DNA of 64,000 nucleotides from Octopus vulgaris (Eukaryota): NCBI GenBank assembly GCA_951406725.2, contig OX597822.1, positions 114,514,001 to 114,578,000 of the forward strand, read 5' to 3'. Shown piece by piece: positions 30,450 to 42,874 of this stretch (position 1 is its first letter; each line of letters starts with the position of its first letter). The notes under the pieces were generated by a model. It saw only the letters and a program-made list of their open reading frames with translations, ran no database searches and was not told where the DNA came from. The position numbers and the translations under genes were made by a program.

Positions 30450-31705
30450 CAGGGGTTGGACAAAATAATGGAAACACCTTAAAATTTCAAACAAATTTAT
30501 TTTAAAATGGGGTAGGACCACCTTTGGCAGTAATTAAAGCTTAAATTCTACGAGGTATGGATTCGTACAAAATTTGAATTGTTTCCAAAAGAATTTTTGT
30601 CCGTTCTTCAGCTAAAACAGTCTCCAGTTTTCGTAGTGATGATTGAGGAGGATATCGACTCTTTACTTGTTTTTCTAAAATGCACCATAAATGTTCAATA
30701 ATATTGAGATCTGGGAACTGTATTGGCCAAATAAGATGTTCAACTTCACTAGAATGTTCCTTGTGCCATTCAGTAACAAATTTAGCTGTGTGAGTTGGTA
30801 CACTATCATCCTGAAAGATTGTGTTCCCCTCCGGAAACAGTTCAGCAACCATAAGATGTATTTGATCAGATAAAATGCTTAAATAGTCTTGACTATTAAT
30901 TCTGCCATGAAGACAAGCCATTGGGCCGGCAGATTTCCAAGATATAGCCTCTACTCCCAGATCATCACAGATCCCCCTCCATGCTTAACAGTTGGAAGAA
31001 GGCAGTCTGTGTCAAATGCTTCTTTTCGCTGTCTCCAAACGTATAGTCAGCTGGTAGTCAGAAATAAGGTAAAGGATGACTCGTCCAAGAAAATAACATT
31101 CTTCCACTGCTTTAGGGACCAATTCTCCACTCTAAATACTTTGCAACGTTTGATTGTGAAAGTAGTGGTTTTCTGATTGCATCCCTCCCATGAAATCCGG
31201 CTTTGTGTAGCACCTGGAAAATAGTTTTTGTGGAAATTGGGTTCTCGAGGTGGTCATTAAGATCTGCAGTAATTTTGGGAACTGTACTTTTGTGATCCTT
31301 TCTAACAATTCACATAAGAGTCTGATGGTCCCTATCTGAAAGCTTTGGTTTTCATCTGAAGTTTTGATTCGATGAGGAGGGTTTTCCCTCTTTCTCAAAG
31401 GCTGTCATTACTTTTGAGACAGTACTTCTTAATACACCAAAAATTTCAGCTATTTTCGTTACACTAGCGCCTGCCATAAAAACACCGACAATTTGACTTC
31501 TTTGAAAGGCCAATAGATCTGTCATTTTAATGAATTTTAATTACCTTTCCTGATGATATCTGAAAAGAAACAGTAATTTTAGCAAAACATGTTAAGCAAC
31601 ACTAATACTAAATAAAAAATATACAAATAAACAAGCTTTTGATGGTTTTTATAGATATTTCAAAATTATGATGGTAGGGATTTCCATTGTTTTGCCCAAC
31701 CCCTG
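30450..31705 (-). mobile_element. Full-length, disabled Tc1-like transposon
   Basis: TA|CAGGGGTTGGACAAAATAATGGAAA ... TTTCCATTGTTTTGCCCAACCCCTG|TA; FQDDSVPTH and WPIQFPDLNIIEHLW (DD34E); frameshifts. Confidence 0.93.
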
Positions 31706-32406
31706 TAGATACACAGACAAACAGAACAAGATCTGTGCATGAAGGAAATATATTCACACACAGACACAAACATGTATAAATATATATAGACATATACACA
31801 TATATATGTAGATGCTTGTGTGTGTGTGTACGCTGTATGGATATGTGTGGAAACGTAAGCTTCACACAAGATTCTGTGATGTAAAGTTTTATAAAATATT
31901 CTGTTAAACGTTGATTTCTACAGTTTATCTCAATAGAACTGAATCCATATTTTTTACATAGCCTCTAAACCTTACACTGTTGTTCCTATATAATTTCAGA
32001 TGACATTGACATAACAGAAGAAACATACTGAATATTTACCATTTTTTAAAGACTAAAGCAAAATATTATGCAAAACAGATGTATAACATTGTTTCTACGA
32101 ATCTGTTGTAGAATTCTTGTGAAGCATTTGCTCTGAAATAATACTATTAGCCAAGTTTGTGAACATCACTGACTGGAGTGTCTAAAAGAGGAGCCCCTCT
32201 GCTGGTGAAACTTAACAGAATTTATGTAATTGCTGCTAAACAAAGGTAACATCACTGAAATACAACAGTAGAATTATTTCTAAGGAGTAAAGTATAAGAA
32301 TAAAGCAAGAAAAATATTTTAACTGGGATTTGTGAGGAAAATAATGGAAAAGAGAGAGAAACTTAAATAATTCATTACGTCTGAACACGTGACAAAGAAG
32401 AAGTGA

Positions 32407-32547
<141 letters not shown>

Positions 32548-32818
32548 AAGAAAAAGTAAAAGCCCTTTTACGACCTCAATAAGTATTCCGTGGCAACGGA
32601 AAGATAAACAAGTATATTTTTTATTTTGTATATAATTGTTTCTATGTTCGTTTAATTATAAATCTGTCAATATATTATACTGTCACTAATGTCTTGAGCC
32701 AGGACCACATACTGAGATTTATCTGTCTAGCAGCGGTGTTTCCTATTTATTCTCTGCCTCAATCGGTTATTATCATGTAAGCTCTCATGATAAAATAGTC
32801 TACGAACACACACTAACA

Positions 32819-32878
<60 letters not shown>

Positions 32879-32880
<2 letters not shown>

Positions 32881-33244
32881 TAGCAGTCTAGCAGTATTGC
32901 CCGGCGTTGCTCGGGTTTGTTTTGACCCTTTAGTACTGGGATGTTTGAAAAGTAAAAATGTTGCATTATGTAGCTTGTTATTCTCTTTAAGTGAACATTT
33001 TTCTGTTTGAAATACACCGATAAATGGCGACACAGCAGTCAAAAAATCGTAAAAAATAGGGTTTTCATAGAAAAAAACCACCTTTTTGATGTAAATAATT
33101 TTTGGTGCTATCAAATTCCGATTTGAATTTTTTCATCTACGGAGGGAAGAGCAAGCTTTCTATCATACTCTCAATTTTGCAGGGTCTCGGGGGAGGTAGT
33201 GTTAGTTGAAGGCTACCAAACCTGCCATACACAGACAACTTCAG

Positions 33245-33250
<6 letters not shown>
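32879..33250 (+). mobile_element. Non-autonomous Helitron/Helentron-like element in (TA)n
   Basis: 5' ctagcagtattgcccggcgttgctcggg hairpin; 3' acagacaacttcagctttatatata. Confidence 0.55.
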
Positions 33251-33275
<25 letters not shown>

Positions 33276-33432
33276 CAAACCAAGAACGTTATATAGACCT
33301 CCTTGACTCAAGTTAGAGAAGGGGTGCGTATTATAGACAAGGTTTAGGTTTTTCAGAGATACAGTCCCCTAAAAATCCCCTGCGTATTATACTCGAGGGT
33401 TTACGGTATATATACAAGTGAACTTGTGTTCA

Positions 33433-33720
33433 TATAATAATAATAATGAAATTATTGTATACAGTGCTCAGGTGCACCACAACTTGCCAAAGGTGCGTAT
33501 AAAGTATATGCAGTAATGTACAAATGTCTGGAAAGTGAACAGTGTATGCTTGCATGTGTATGGAGGGCAGAAAATCAGGTGTAGTGTTGGCGAATCTCAG
33601 GAAGCATGGACGTTTTGAAGGATGCAGTGCTCCGACAACTAACAACTGATGTCGGCAGTTTGTTCCATGCTTCAGCAACTCTTAGCGTGAAAAAATGTTT
33701 CCGAAAGTCATGGGAGCTGC
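33433..33720 (-). mobile_element. 3' end of a CR1-type LINE with (TTA)n tail
   Basis: Minus strand reads DFRKHFFTLRVAEAWNKLPTSVVSCRSTASFK, the typical CR1 ORF2 C-terminus. Confidence 0.75.
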
Positions 33721-33991
33721 ACTGGGGTCGATATAATCGACTTAATCCGTTTGTCTGTCCTTGTTTGTCCTCTCTGTGTTTATCCCCTTGTGGGTAGTAA
33801 AGAAATAGGTATTTCGTCTGCTGTTACGTTCTGAGTTCAAATTCCGCTGAGATCGACTTTGCCTTTCATCCTTTCGGGGTCGATAAATTAAGTACCAGTT
33901 ACGCACTGGGGTCGATATAATCGACTTAATCCATCTGTCTGTCCTTGTTTGTCCCCTCTGTGTTTAGCCCCTTGTGGGTAGTAAAGAAATA
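33721..33991 (+). mobile_element. SINE family B tandem partial copies
   Basis: Same core and tail as 51227-51670. Confidence 0.85.
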
Positions 33992-34137
33992 TGTAATTAT
34001 TAAAAGGAAGCCTTCTGATGTATTCTTGCTCGTCATTGTAGGGTCTCGTGATATTCTGTATTCTAAACACGTACACAACGTAATCTTTATTATAAATGGA
34101 AGTTATTGCTGTGATGTGTTTGTATTTTGTTCCACAG

Positions 34138-34268
34138 ATGCACATATTGTGACGCTAACGCCCCTTCAAAATTCATACCATGTGGACATACTCTCCTGTG
34201 TCATGAATGTTATATCAAAATTGCTTGTGAAAAATGCCCCACTTGTAAACAATGTATTGAGGGAAGTG
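34138..34268 (+). CDS. RING-HC (C3HC4) exon of a RING-Death-domain gene
   Basis: ttccacag| ... |gtaaga; CTYC-x10-CGH-x3-CHEC-x8-CPTC; phase-2 start, phase-1 end; this frame is not in the supplied ORF track. Confidence 0.85.
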
Positions 34269-34836
34269 GTAAGAATACTATTTGATAATCTGTCTGTTTG
34301 TCTCACTGACTTTATTTTCTTTATTACTCATATTCTTGAGTATCAGTTCCTTTGTAACATTTCAGAGACTTCCAATGCAATAATAAGTGTTTGACAAGTT
34401 ACATGTAGTGAAAGAAGTTTGTGCAAGTATGGAGGACCCCGGATTCCACTTGCAGAATATCTGGAAAGAAAGCTGCTTTATTAATAAGGGATGCTCAGGT
34501 TGAAATATGCCCAAATATTTGCCCAAATATTTGCTGAATCAGATGGAATTCTGGTGAACTGTGTTGTCAGCTGTTAGAATTAAAGATTACCAGCGGCAAC
34601 GTTTAATCAAAGAGAGCAGGTGTATGTGTTACCTATTTCAAATGAGGTGTTGTGTGTTTGTGGCTATATATCTTTTTTCAACTCCAACGGAGTTGACATT
34701 GAGCTGTGACATAGTAACCAGTCATAGTGATAACCAGTTGACCATTGATGATAAGATGTCCTATAATAATGAAATAGATTATTATTAAATAATGTAGTTA
34801 TACTATAAATATAAAACTTGGAAATATTAATTTCAG

Positions 34837-34884
34837 AGCCTGAAATGTTGATGGGGGACGTACTGAAGACATCACAGCAAGTTG
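34837..34884 (+). CDS. 48-nt phase 1-1 linker exon (EPEMLMGDVLKTSQQV)
   Basis: aatttcag| ... |gtgagt; only the phase-1 frame is open. Confidence 0.75.
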
Positions 34885-35259
34885 GTGAGTATCTACGTCT
34901 TGCTTGTATATTCTTCTTACGTACAATTTCCGATATATTGGAGAAGATGAGAAGAATTTTGGTTAGTAATTTCTAGAGGTGAAAGAACAGTGTCTTGTCT
35001 TATGTGTAGCACAGATACAGCGTGTTCACATTAAATTTGACAACTGTTTGTGTCTTTTTTGTTTCTGAGATACCAGAATGTATTGATGAACAACTAATGA
35101 GAGTGGAGAGTATCATGATGAAATATGTAGTTGAGTTAAAAGTTAGTTGACATTGACTGGAAGCAAACTGAAGATTGGCAAAGAGTTATTAGGATTATGG
35201 TGTACAATATAATAGTTGCTGTGCAGTAATTTGTAAACATTGTGAAAGCTGTAAGCCAC

Positions 35260-35745
35260 GACATGGACTTGTGCAAGGGGGTCTACAGAGCCATGGGCAG
35301 TAGGTTTTCAGACGCGTCTGCAGTGAGGGTGATGTGATGCCACCCCACGTCTTTGAATATGGTCTTAGGTTCAATTAAGATGATTATGTGATGCTCCTGG
35401 AGATGGTGGTAAAACTCTGTATGTACACAGTTGCGGCTGGAAGGCCTTATACAAGGCAGCAGAATTCGGTTCCTTTCCATAACTTCAGAAAGAGGCAGAA
35501 GTGGTTGTCAAAGTATTTTTATGACTTCCGCAGACCCAATTTTTAGCCTCGTAATTTCCCTGATTTTAATCCCATGAATTATTAAGTATGGGTCACCCTG
35601 TGAGAAAGACACCATCTGCTCTGACTGCAACACGAAGGTTGGGCTGGTGGCCGAGACTAAGAAGGTGTTAAAAGATTTTCCAGGCACCATAGAGACACCT
35701 TCAGAGCATGGTGGAAGCTGAGAGAAATTGCTTTGAGTAACTTAT
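35260..35745 (+). mobile_element. Decayed IS630-Tc1-mariner (maT/DD37D-like) fragment
   Basis: GRPYTRQQNSVP and FPDFNPMNY*VW remnants. Confidence 0.5.
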
Positions 35746-36191
35746 TATTTTCTTGCCACCTCGAGTTGAAATGTTTTAACTTAATTAAATACTTTTATTT
35801 TTGAATACGTAATATTGTGCAATCTTCTCCTTTTATGCAAACTGACAAATTTAAACCAAGCCCCTTAAATAAGAAACGAAAGTCTAAACGAACAAAAGAA
35901 CACAAAATAGAGTTATCAAATGATAATTAAATGAGAAAATTGCAAGAATGTTAGATTATGGAGGATGTCTTAATTGAGAGAGTAAATTTAGGAAAGTTAG
36001 CCTATTTTTGTTGTGGACCTAAATTTGATGCTACTAGTGGGACCATGAGGGAAGACATAAAAATGTTGGTCAAATGACTACTGATCACTAGTTGACTATT
36101 GATGATAGGAAAGTCTCAAAATAATAAAATATAGATTTTTAACAAGGGAAACTTTACAGTAATGTGCAAAACTTGGACATTTTTATTTCAG

Positions 36192-36465
36192 ACACTCCAG
36201 TCACAGCCTGAGCGTTCTACATCACAGCCTATGCCTTCTACATCACAATCTATGCCTTTTACATCACAGCCCAAGCGGTCTACATCACAGCCTATACCTT
36301 CTACATCACAGCCTAAACCTTCTACGTCACAGTCTAAGCGGACTACATCACAGCCTATGCCTTCTACATGACAGCCTGAGCCTTTTACATCACAGTCTGA
36401 GCGTTCTACATCACAATCTATGCTTTCTACATCACAACCTGAGCGTTGTACATCAGAGCCAGATG
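36192..36465 (+). pseudogene. Disabled or poison-like exon made of about 12 copies of a 21-nt repeat (STSQPMP/STSQPER)
   Basis: tttatttcag| ... GATG|gtgagt; 274 nt (3n+1); TCA>TGA stop at 36369 in the repeat frame. Confidence 0.7.
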
Positions 36466-36714
36466 GTGAGTAAAACATTGCAACACTTTTATTGACTTCC
36501 ATCGGTTTTATCTTTAGTTCAGCTATTTTGTTTGACTGGGGACAGGTTTGATCCCTAATTTCCATTTGAACAGTTAGCTGTAAAGTAATTCTGTCAACGA
36601 TGTTCCTGAAATATCATAAAATATCCACCAAGGAAACGCAATAGAGTTAATATTGTCTTTATGGATTTTGATGTAAACAGGCGAATAAATGGGTGATGTT
36701 TTTGTTTGTTTTAC

Positions 36715-36724
<10 letters not shown>

Positions 36725-36767
<43 letters not shown>

Positions 36768-37200
36768 TTAACGTCCGCTTTCCATGCTAGCATGTGTTGT
36801 ACGATTTGACTGAGGTCTGGCGAACCAGACTCCATTCTGATTTGGCAGAGTTTCTACGGCTGGATGCCCTTCTTAACGCCAACCACTCCGAGAGTGTAGT
36901 GGGTGCTTTTACGTGCCACCGGCACGGGGGCCAGTCAGGCGGTACTGGCAATGGCCACGTCCAAATGGTGCCCTTTACGTGCCACCTGCACAGGAGCCAC
37001 TTCAGCGGCACTGGCAACGACCTCGCTCGAATGATTTTGTCATGTGCCACCAGCACAAGTGCTAGTAAGGCGACGCGGTAACGGTCACGCTCGAATGGTG
37101 TGCTTGACGTGCCACCGGCACAAAGGTCAGTTTGTTGCCCAGGCAACGATCTCACTCGTATGGTACTCTTAGCGCTCCACGAGCAACGGATGTCGGTCAC
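36725..37200 (-). mobile_element. SINE-like element (family D) with (TGA)n tail and internal acgtgccacc repeats
   Basis: (cat)n followed by tttaacgtccgctttccatgctagcatg...ggatgcccttcttaacgccaaccac. Confidence 0.7.
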
Positions 37201-37555
37201 CGAGTTTGATTTCGACTTCGATTTTTGCTAATTCATTGATTACTGTTAAGTTACTGTTTTTGCTAAACCAGACGTCTTTTGTAATCTTACGATATAAAGC
37301 GTTCCAATTGTGAACACCCTGTCTTTTCTTTTTACTGATAATAAATCTACCATTACATCTGCTACATAATGTCTACACTCAACAAGACTTTGGTTTGCTA
37401 ATGAGATAACAGTTGCCTCTCTCTTTTTCCTTCTCTCTCTCTTTCTCTCTTCAGTTCTCTCTATCTTTCTCCCTATCCTTGTTCCTGTTTGTTTGTCTTT
37501 CTCCCTCTTTATGATAGTTACTGACTGCAAATTTCAGTACAATAAATTATATTGT

Positions 37556-37897
37556 ATTTCGTTTTGGGATTTGGTTTGCAAGATTCTTTATATGAGTTCG
37601 TGTGTTGAAGCATATTCTGTTGTGTCTGGGGAGAGTCATTTTCTTTTTGTGCCTTATTATGTAACACACTCACCGGTAAACTTTCCACTTATTTCTGGAC
37701 TCAAGACTATTGAAAAGGTTGCAAGATGCAACGAAAATTTTAGGAAAATAAAAATAGGAAAAAAGTGGAAATTTTACCGGTGAATGTATTATATAATAAG
37801 GCACAAAAAGAAAATGACTCTCCCCAGACACAACAGAATATGTTTCAACACACGAACTCATATAAAGAATCTTGCAAACCAAATCCCAAAACGAAAT
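37556..37897. repeat. Inverted repeat with arms of about 140 bp and a spacer of about 60 bp
   Basis: atttcgttttgggatttggtttgcaag... versus ...cttgcaaaccaaatcccaaaacgaaat; spacer plus part of one arm recurs at 57249-57380. Confidence 0.9.
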
Positions 37898-38204
37898 GCT
37901 TTCTGTTCTACTTATTTAGAACTTAGAACTAACCATTACTCGCCATAAAAAGGCTGCTTTATTAAGGAGGATGAATATCATTCAAATGTCTTCAAATCTT
38001 TCTTGAATTAGATGACATTCTGGTAAACTGCGGCGCAGGAAGTTAGAATTAAAGATTACCGGAAGTAATCCTTAACAAAGAAAGCAGTTGTATGATTATC
38101 CTACTTGAGGTCGCATGCCATGTGTTTGGTAAGATCATTGGTAACCAATTCGGTTAAAATTGGGATTAAGCAGATAAGAATATTGGTTAGTGAAGTCTAG
38201 TGAT

Positions 38205-38492
38205 TAGATGGTGGTTAGAGCAGCGGACTCGCGGTCGAGGGATTACGAGCTCGAATCTCAAACCGGGCGATGTGTGTGTTTATGAGCGAAACACCTAAGC
38301 TCCACGCGGCTCCGGCAGAAGGTAATGGCCAACTTCTGCTGACTCTTTCGCCACAACTTTCTCTCACTCTTTCCACCTGCATCTTGCAGCTCACCTGCGA
38401 CGGACTGACATCCCGTCCAGGTGGGGAACCTATATGCCAAGGAAACCGGGAAACCGGCCCTTATGAGCCAGGTGTAGCTCGAGAAGGAACAA
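38205..38492 (+). mobile_element. tRNA-derived SINE family C
   Basis: tggtggttagagcagcggactcgcggtcgagg head; related reverse copy at 52880-53195. Confidence 0.75.
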
Positions 38493-38623
38493 AAAATGTG
38501 ATGAGATGAATATGTCATGCCACATATTTGGCACAGATGTAAGAAAAGAAAGACAAAACTGTATGTGAAAAACTGTATTAGCAAGTGATAATTAAATGGG
38601 ATAATTGCAACATTATTAGATTA

Positions 38624-39890
38624 CGAGGTTGTTCTGAAAAGTTCATAGGGAGACAACGAACAAGGGATACTAAGGATGGGAAATCTCGCTTGTATTAAGT
38701 TTGACACTTCTGATTAATAACTGCATTATTTGATTCCACGTAAACTGACATCTGAACATCCAAAGAAGAATTGAAACATGACCAGCAGCGACTTCTTTTG
38801 AAAAGAGACACAATTTGGTATCAGGATGTAATCAAGTACCTGTAGAGAAAGGGTTTAGCCCCAAAGGTCAATTGTGCCGACACGGTTGATGTATTGGTTG
38901 ATGACACTCCAACTTCAACTGTGCAAAAGTGGACAGCTGCATTTAAGGGGCGAACAGAGAGTGTTGAAGGGGACCCAATGTCTGGACGTCCTGCAACTTC
39001 CACCACCGAGGAAAACATTTAAAATGTTCACAGCATGGGTGACAAGCAATTGACTATAAATCATACAGCCGATGCTATAAGCATTTTCTGTGAGAGATTT
39101 GAGAATATTCTGTACAATGAACTTAGCATGATGGTCGTTTCTGTTTGGTAGGCACCATGTCTTCTGGAACGTGATCAAAAGTATACCAAATCACATCATG
39201 CTAAAATCTGACATTCTTTGAAGCAGATCCAGCTGGTTTCCTTGAGCCTTTCTTAAGCCAGGATGAGTGTTGGATTCATCCCCTTGAGCCAGAGACAAAG
39301 AGATAATCCATGCAGTGGAAACACCCCACCTCGCCTGCTCCAAAGGAGGCCAACATCGTTTAATTTGCATGGAAGGGGACAGTCTCAGGTTTTTATGATG
39401 CAAAAGGCATTGTGTTTTTTTTACTGTTCTCAGAAAGGCTCTGCCATCAATGGTGAGTATTGTACCAACTTTCTGAGGCAGTTCCAAAAGACTATGAAGA
39501 CCAAATGCCCAGAAAAGCAGAAAATTGCATCGTCTACGCAATGTCCCAGAACATAAGTCCTTTCTTTCAGTGGCTGCTGTGCATGACTTTGGGGGGGTGA
39601 AACTGATTGATTACGTTCCCTATTCCCCTGATTTAGTCCCATTTGACTATTGTTTGTCCACCAATTTGCAAAACTACTCAGTTGGGAACTATGATTGCAG
39701 TGATGATGACATCATATCTGCTGTTGATGGCATTTTGTGAGCAACAGGAGGGAAGCTTGTTCAGCAATGGGATCCAAGAACTGCAACACTGATGGAAGAC
39801 GTGTGTGGACCACAAGAAGGACTCTGTGCAAAAATAAACTTCATTTGCTCACATTCTATGAGAGCATCTTTGTCAGCCTATGATTTTTCA
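38624..39890 (+). mobile_element. Decayed mariner transposon in an intron
   Basis: TA|CGAGGTTGTTCTGAAAAGTTCATAGG left TIR, eroded right TIR; QDECWIH, SMQWKH, PYSPDLVPFDY. Confidence 0.85.
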
Positions 39891-40118
39891 TAATAAAAAA
39901 AAAAGATTTAGGAAGGTTAGTCTATTCTGTGGTGGACCTGAATAGTGAGCTGTTGTATGGTGCCATTGTAAAACGCATAAAAAAATGTCGAGGGGAAACT
40001 GTTGTGGTCACCTTTTGACCATTGGTGGTAAGAATATGCTATAATAATAAAATATAGATTATTAATAAAGATAAAGAATTTTATTATAAATTGTAAACCA
40101 TGGAGATATTTATTTCAG

Positions 40119-40190
40119 ATTCTCAAAAGCTGGAGGAGAGGGACCTCCTTAGGGTGGCACATCTGTTAGGTAGTGAATGGTGGCAAGTGG
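40119..40190 (+). CDS. Death domain exon 1 (DSQKLEERDLLRVAHLLGSEWWQVG)
   Basis: tatttcag| ... |gtgagt; 72 nt, phase 1-1; DLxxVAxxLGxEW is a Death-domain helix 1-2 pattern. Confidence 0.88.
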
Positions 40191-40310
40191 GTGAGTATAA
40201 AATAACAATACTGAATTTTACCTTCACTTGAACTTTTGTATGTCAGAATGACTGAGAACAGGTTCCATTCCTAGTTTCCATTTTGAAATTTTAACTGTAA
40301 AATAATTCTA

Positions 40311-41272
40311 TTAACCTTTTTGATACCAACCCGGCCAAAACCGCCTCTGGCTGTGTAGTACAAATGTCTTATTTTCATAAGTTGTGAATTAAAATAATCC
40401 ACCAAACCTTAGTCACAATTTATGTTCCTAACACTAGCTTAATGATAACTAAGTTATTTTACTAAATTCTTTGTTATATTTAAAATTAATTGAAAGAAAC
40501 ACAGAACGTCTCAACAGAAATATGGTAACAAAAGGATTAAAGTGACCATGATATTTTTAACCCTTTCGATATCAACCTGGCTGAAACTGCCTCTGGCTCT
40601 GTAGTACAAATGTCTTGTTTTCATACATTCTGAATTAAAATCTTCCGCTAAGCCTTAGTCACAATTTATGTCCCTAATACTAGCTTGATGATAACTAAGT
40701 TATTTTACTAAATTCTTTGTTATATTTAAAGTAATTGATGGAAACACAGAGCATCTCAAAATAAATACAGTAAAGAAAGGGTTAAAGTCACTCTGATATT
40801 TTTAACCCTCTCAATATCAACCTGGCTAAAACCACCTCTGGTTGTGTAGTACAAATGTCTTGTTTTCATAAGTTCTGAATTAAAATCTTCCCCCAAACCT
40901 TAGTCACAATTTATGTTCCTAACACTAGCTTAAGGATAAGATATTTTACTAAATTCTTTGTTATATTTAAAGTAATTGAAAGAAACACAGAACGTCTCAA
41001 CAGAAATATGGTAACAAAAGGGTTAAAGTGACCATGATATTTTTAACCCTTTCGATATCAACCTGGCTGGAACCGCCTCTGGCTCTGTAGTACAAATGTC
41101 TTGTTTTCATAAGTTCTGAATTAAAATCTTCCACCAAACCTTAGTCACAAATACTGTTCCTAACACTAGCTTAATGATAAATTAAGTTATTTTACTAAAT
41201 TCTTTGTTAATTTAAAATTAATTGAAGGAAATACAGGGCATCTCAAAATAAGTACGGAAACGAAAGGGTTAA
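40311..41272 (+). repeat. Tandem array of four piggyBac-type MITE units (241-246 bp period)
   Basis: Units start at 40311, 40557, 40802 and 41043 with TTAACC(C)T and end with AGG(G/A)TTAA; spacer of about 16-17 nt. Confidence 0.9.
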
Positions 41273-41500
41273 AGACATTGATGGGATTCAATAAAATTGA
41301 GATTAGCCTGATTGGTAAAATGGATAAATTAATGAAGCACAATAGAATAGGTATTGTTTTTGTTTGGAAGAGGGGATTGATGCCTCATTTAGAGATTATC
41401 TGTAAAAATTGAACGTCCTTTGCTGGGGAGTTGCAATAGACAACTCTTATATTATTGTTAATGTTTTTCCTGTAATTTCTTATTGTTCTATCTTCAACAG

Positions 41501-41694
41501 GCATTTTCTTGGGAGTTAAAAGTGTCAAACTTTTCTGGTACTTTTCTGGTAACGTTCAAGAGCAGATCTTCCAGATGCTACTCTACTGGTCAACACATTG
41601 TGATCCGCAGGAAGTTACGGTGGATACATTGAGGGCAGCTCTTGTGGATGCTGAGTCCTTCGCTGCACTCAAACGTCTATCATTACATGAGTGA
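41501..41694 (+). CDS. Death domain terminal exon
   Basis: tcttcaacag|; IFLGV..GNVQEQIFQMLLYW..TVDTLRAAL..HE*; in frame with the 40119 exon. Confidence 0.88.
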
Positions 41695-42121
41695 ATTGTT
41701 TTGTGCATGTTGTTTAGTCACCAGATCAACCATGACCAAACAATGATCTATGATCAAATGTCTCCCAGCCGGGACCATCCTGTCTTTATTGCTAATGTAG
41801 AAAACTCAGAACCGCATTGTCCCACTTGTCCTACCTTAAGATGATGAAGTGTGTAAATTTGGTAAATTTGGTTATTATTTCTAGCAGATCTGTCAACCTA
41901 ATAGAGATCACTTTGCTGGTTTGGCTCCTTTATTAGTAATTAACTTTTAAAAAAAAGATAAACTTTGAAATGTTCATCTGTTGTTGGTGTTGTTGTATAT
42001 CTAATCACCTCCTTAAACACTTCCATTGTTATAAAAACAGTTTTAATATCCTCTGGTATATTGATAGTTATCTACTTCCATAGCTCAGAATAGAATGTCT
42101 GGTATATATATATATATATAT

Positions 42122-42170
<49 letters not shown>

Positions 42171-42186
42171 TTTATATATATATATT

Positions 42187-42413
42187 TATCAAAATAAGCA
42201 ACAAGAATAACTTCGGTAATTTGGTACAATCGTTTCACACTACATCATTTTATTAAATGATACATTATTATGTATTAATGGAAAACCTCTATTAATAGCT
42301 GATGTGTGCTCAACATTTTAAAACTGTTGTTATACTTACAATGTTTAATAAAATGATGTAGTGCGAAACGATCGTACCAAATTACCGAAGTTATTCTTGT
42401 TGCTTATTTTGAT
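42187..42413. repeat. Inverted repeat (arms of about 70 bp) within (TA)n, probably a Penelope pLTR remnant
   Basis: atcaaaataagcaacaagaataacttcggtaatttggtac versus its reverse complement; contains a GAAAcgatcgTA half-hammerhead. Confidence 0.75.
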
Positions 42414-42803
42414 TATAATCACCCCATGGATTTATATGGATAACACCATACAATATTCTAGTGCGTCTAACTTAAGTACCATATTCATTTGAATCTAGAT
42501 TTTGCTGAACTTATATATATATATATATATATTAAATTAGAGATAAAACCACTATTAGGCAAATATATATATATAAAATTTATAAAATTTATAAGTTTAA
42601 ATTATTTAAATAATTTTTTATTCTTAACTTTTATATTTTAAAATTAATTTTATGTATTGGCTTATGTTTTTCACTGTTTGATTTGCCTAATAGTGGTTTT
42701 ATCTCTAATTTAATATAATATAACATAATATATTCATACTATAAAATTGGATTTAATTCTAAATCTAATTTTTCCCTGTAAGTTTGGATTTATTCCCTAA
42801 TAT

Positions 42804-42874
<71 letters not shown>

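Noticed and set aside
33945-34394. 149-aa ORF as a gene
   Set aside because: It starts in a SINE and overlaps the RING exon in the wrong frame
36201-36462. CRISPR-like array (also considered for 40311-41272 and 43565-44010)
   Set aside because: Contiguous tandem units with no unique spacers, no cas genes, eukaryotic context
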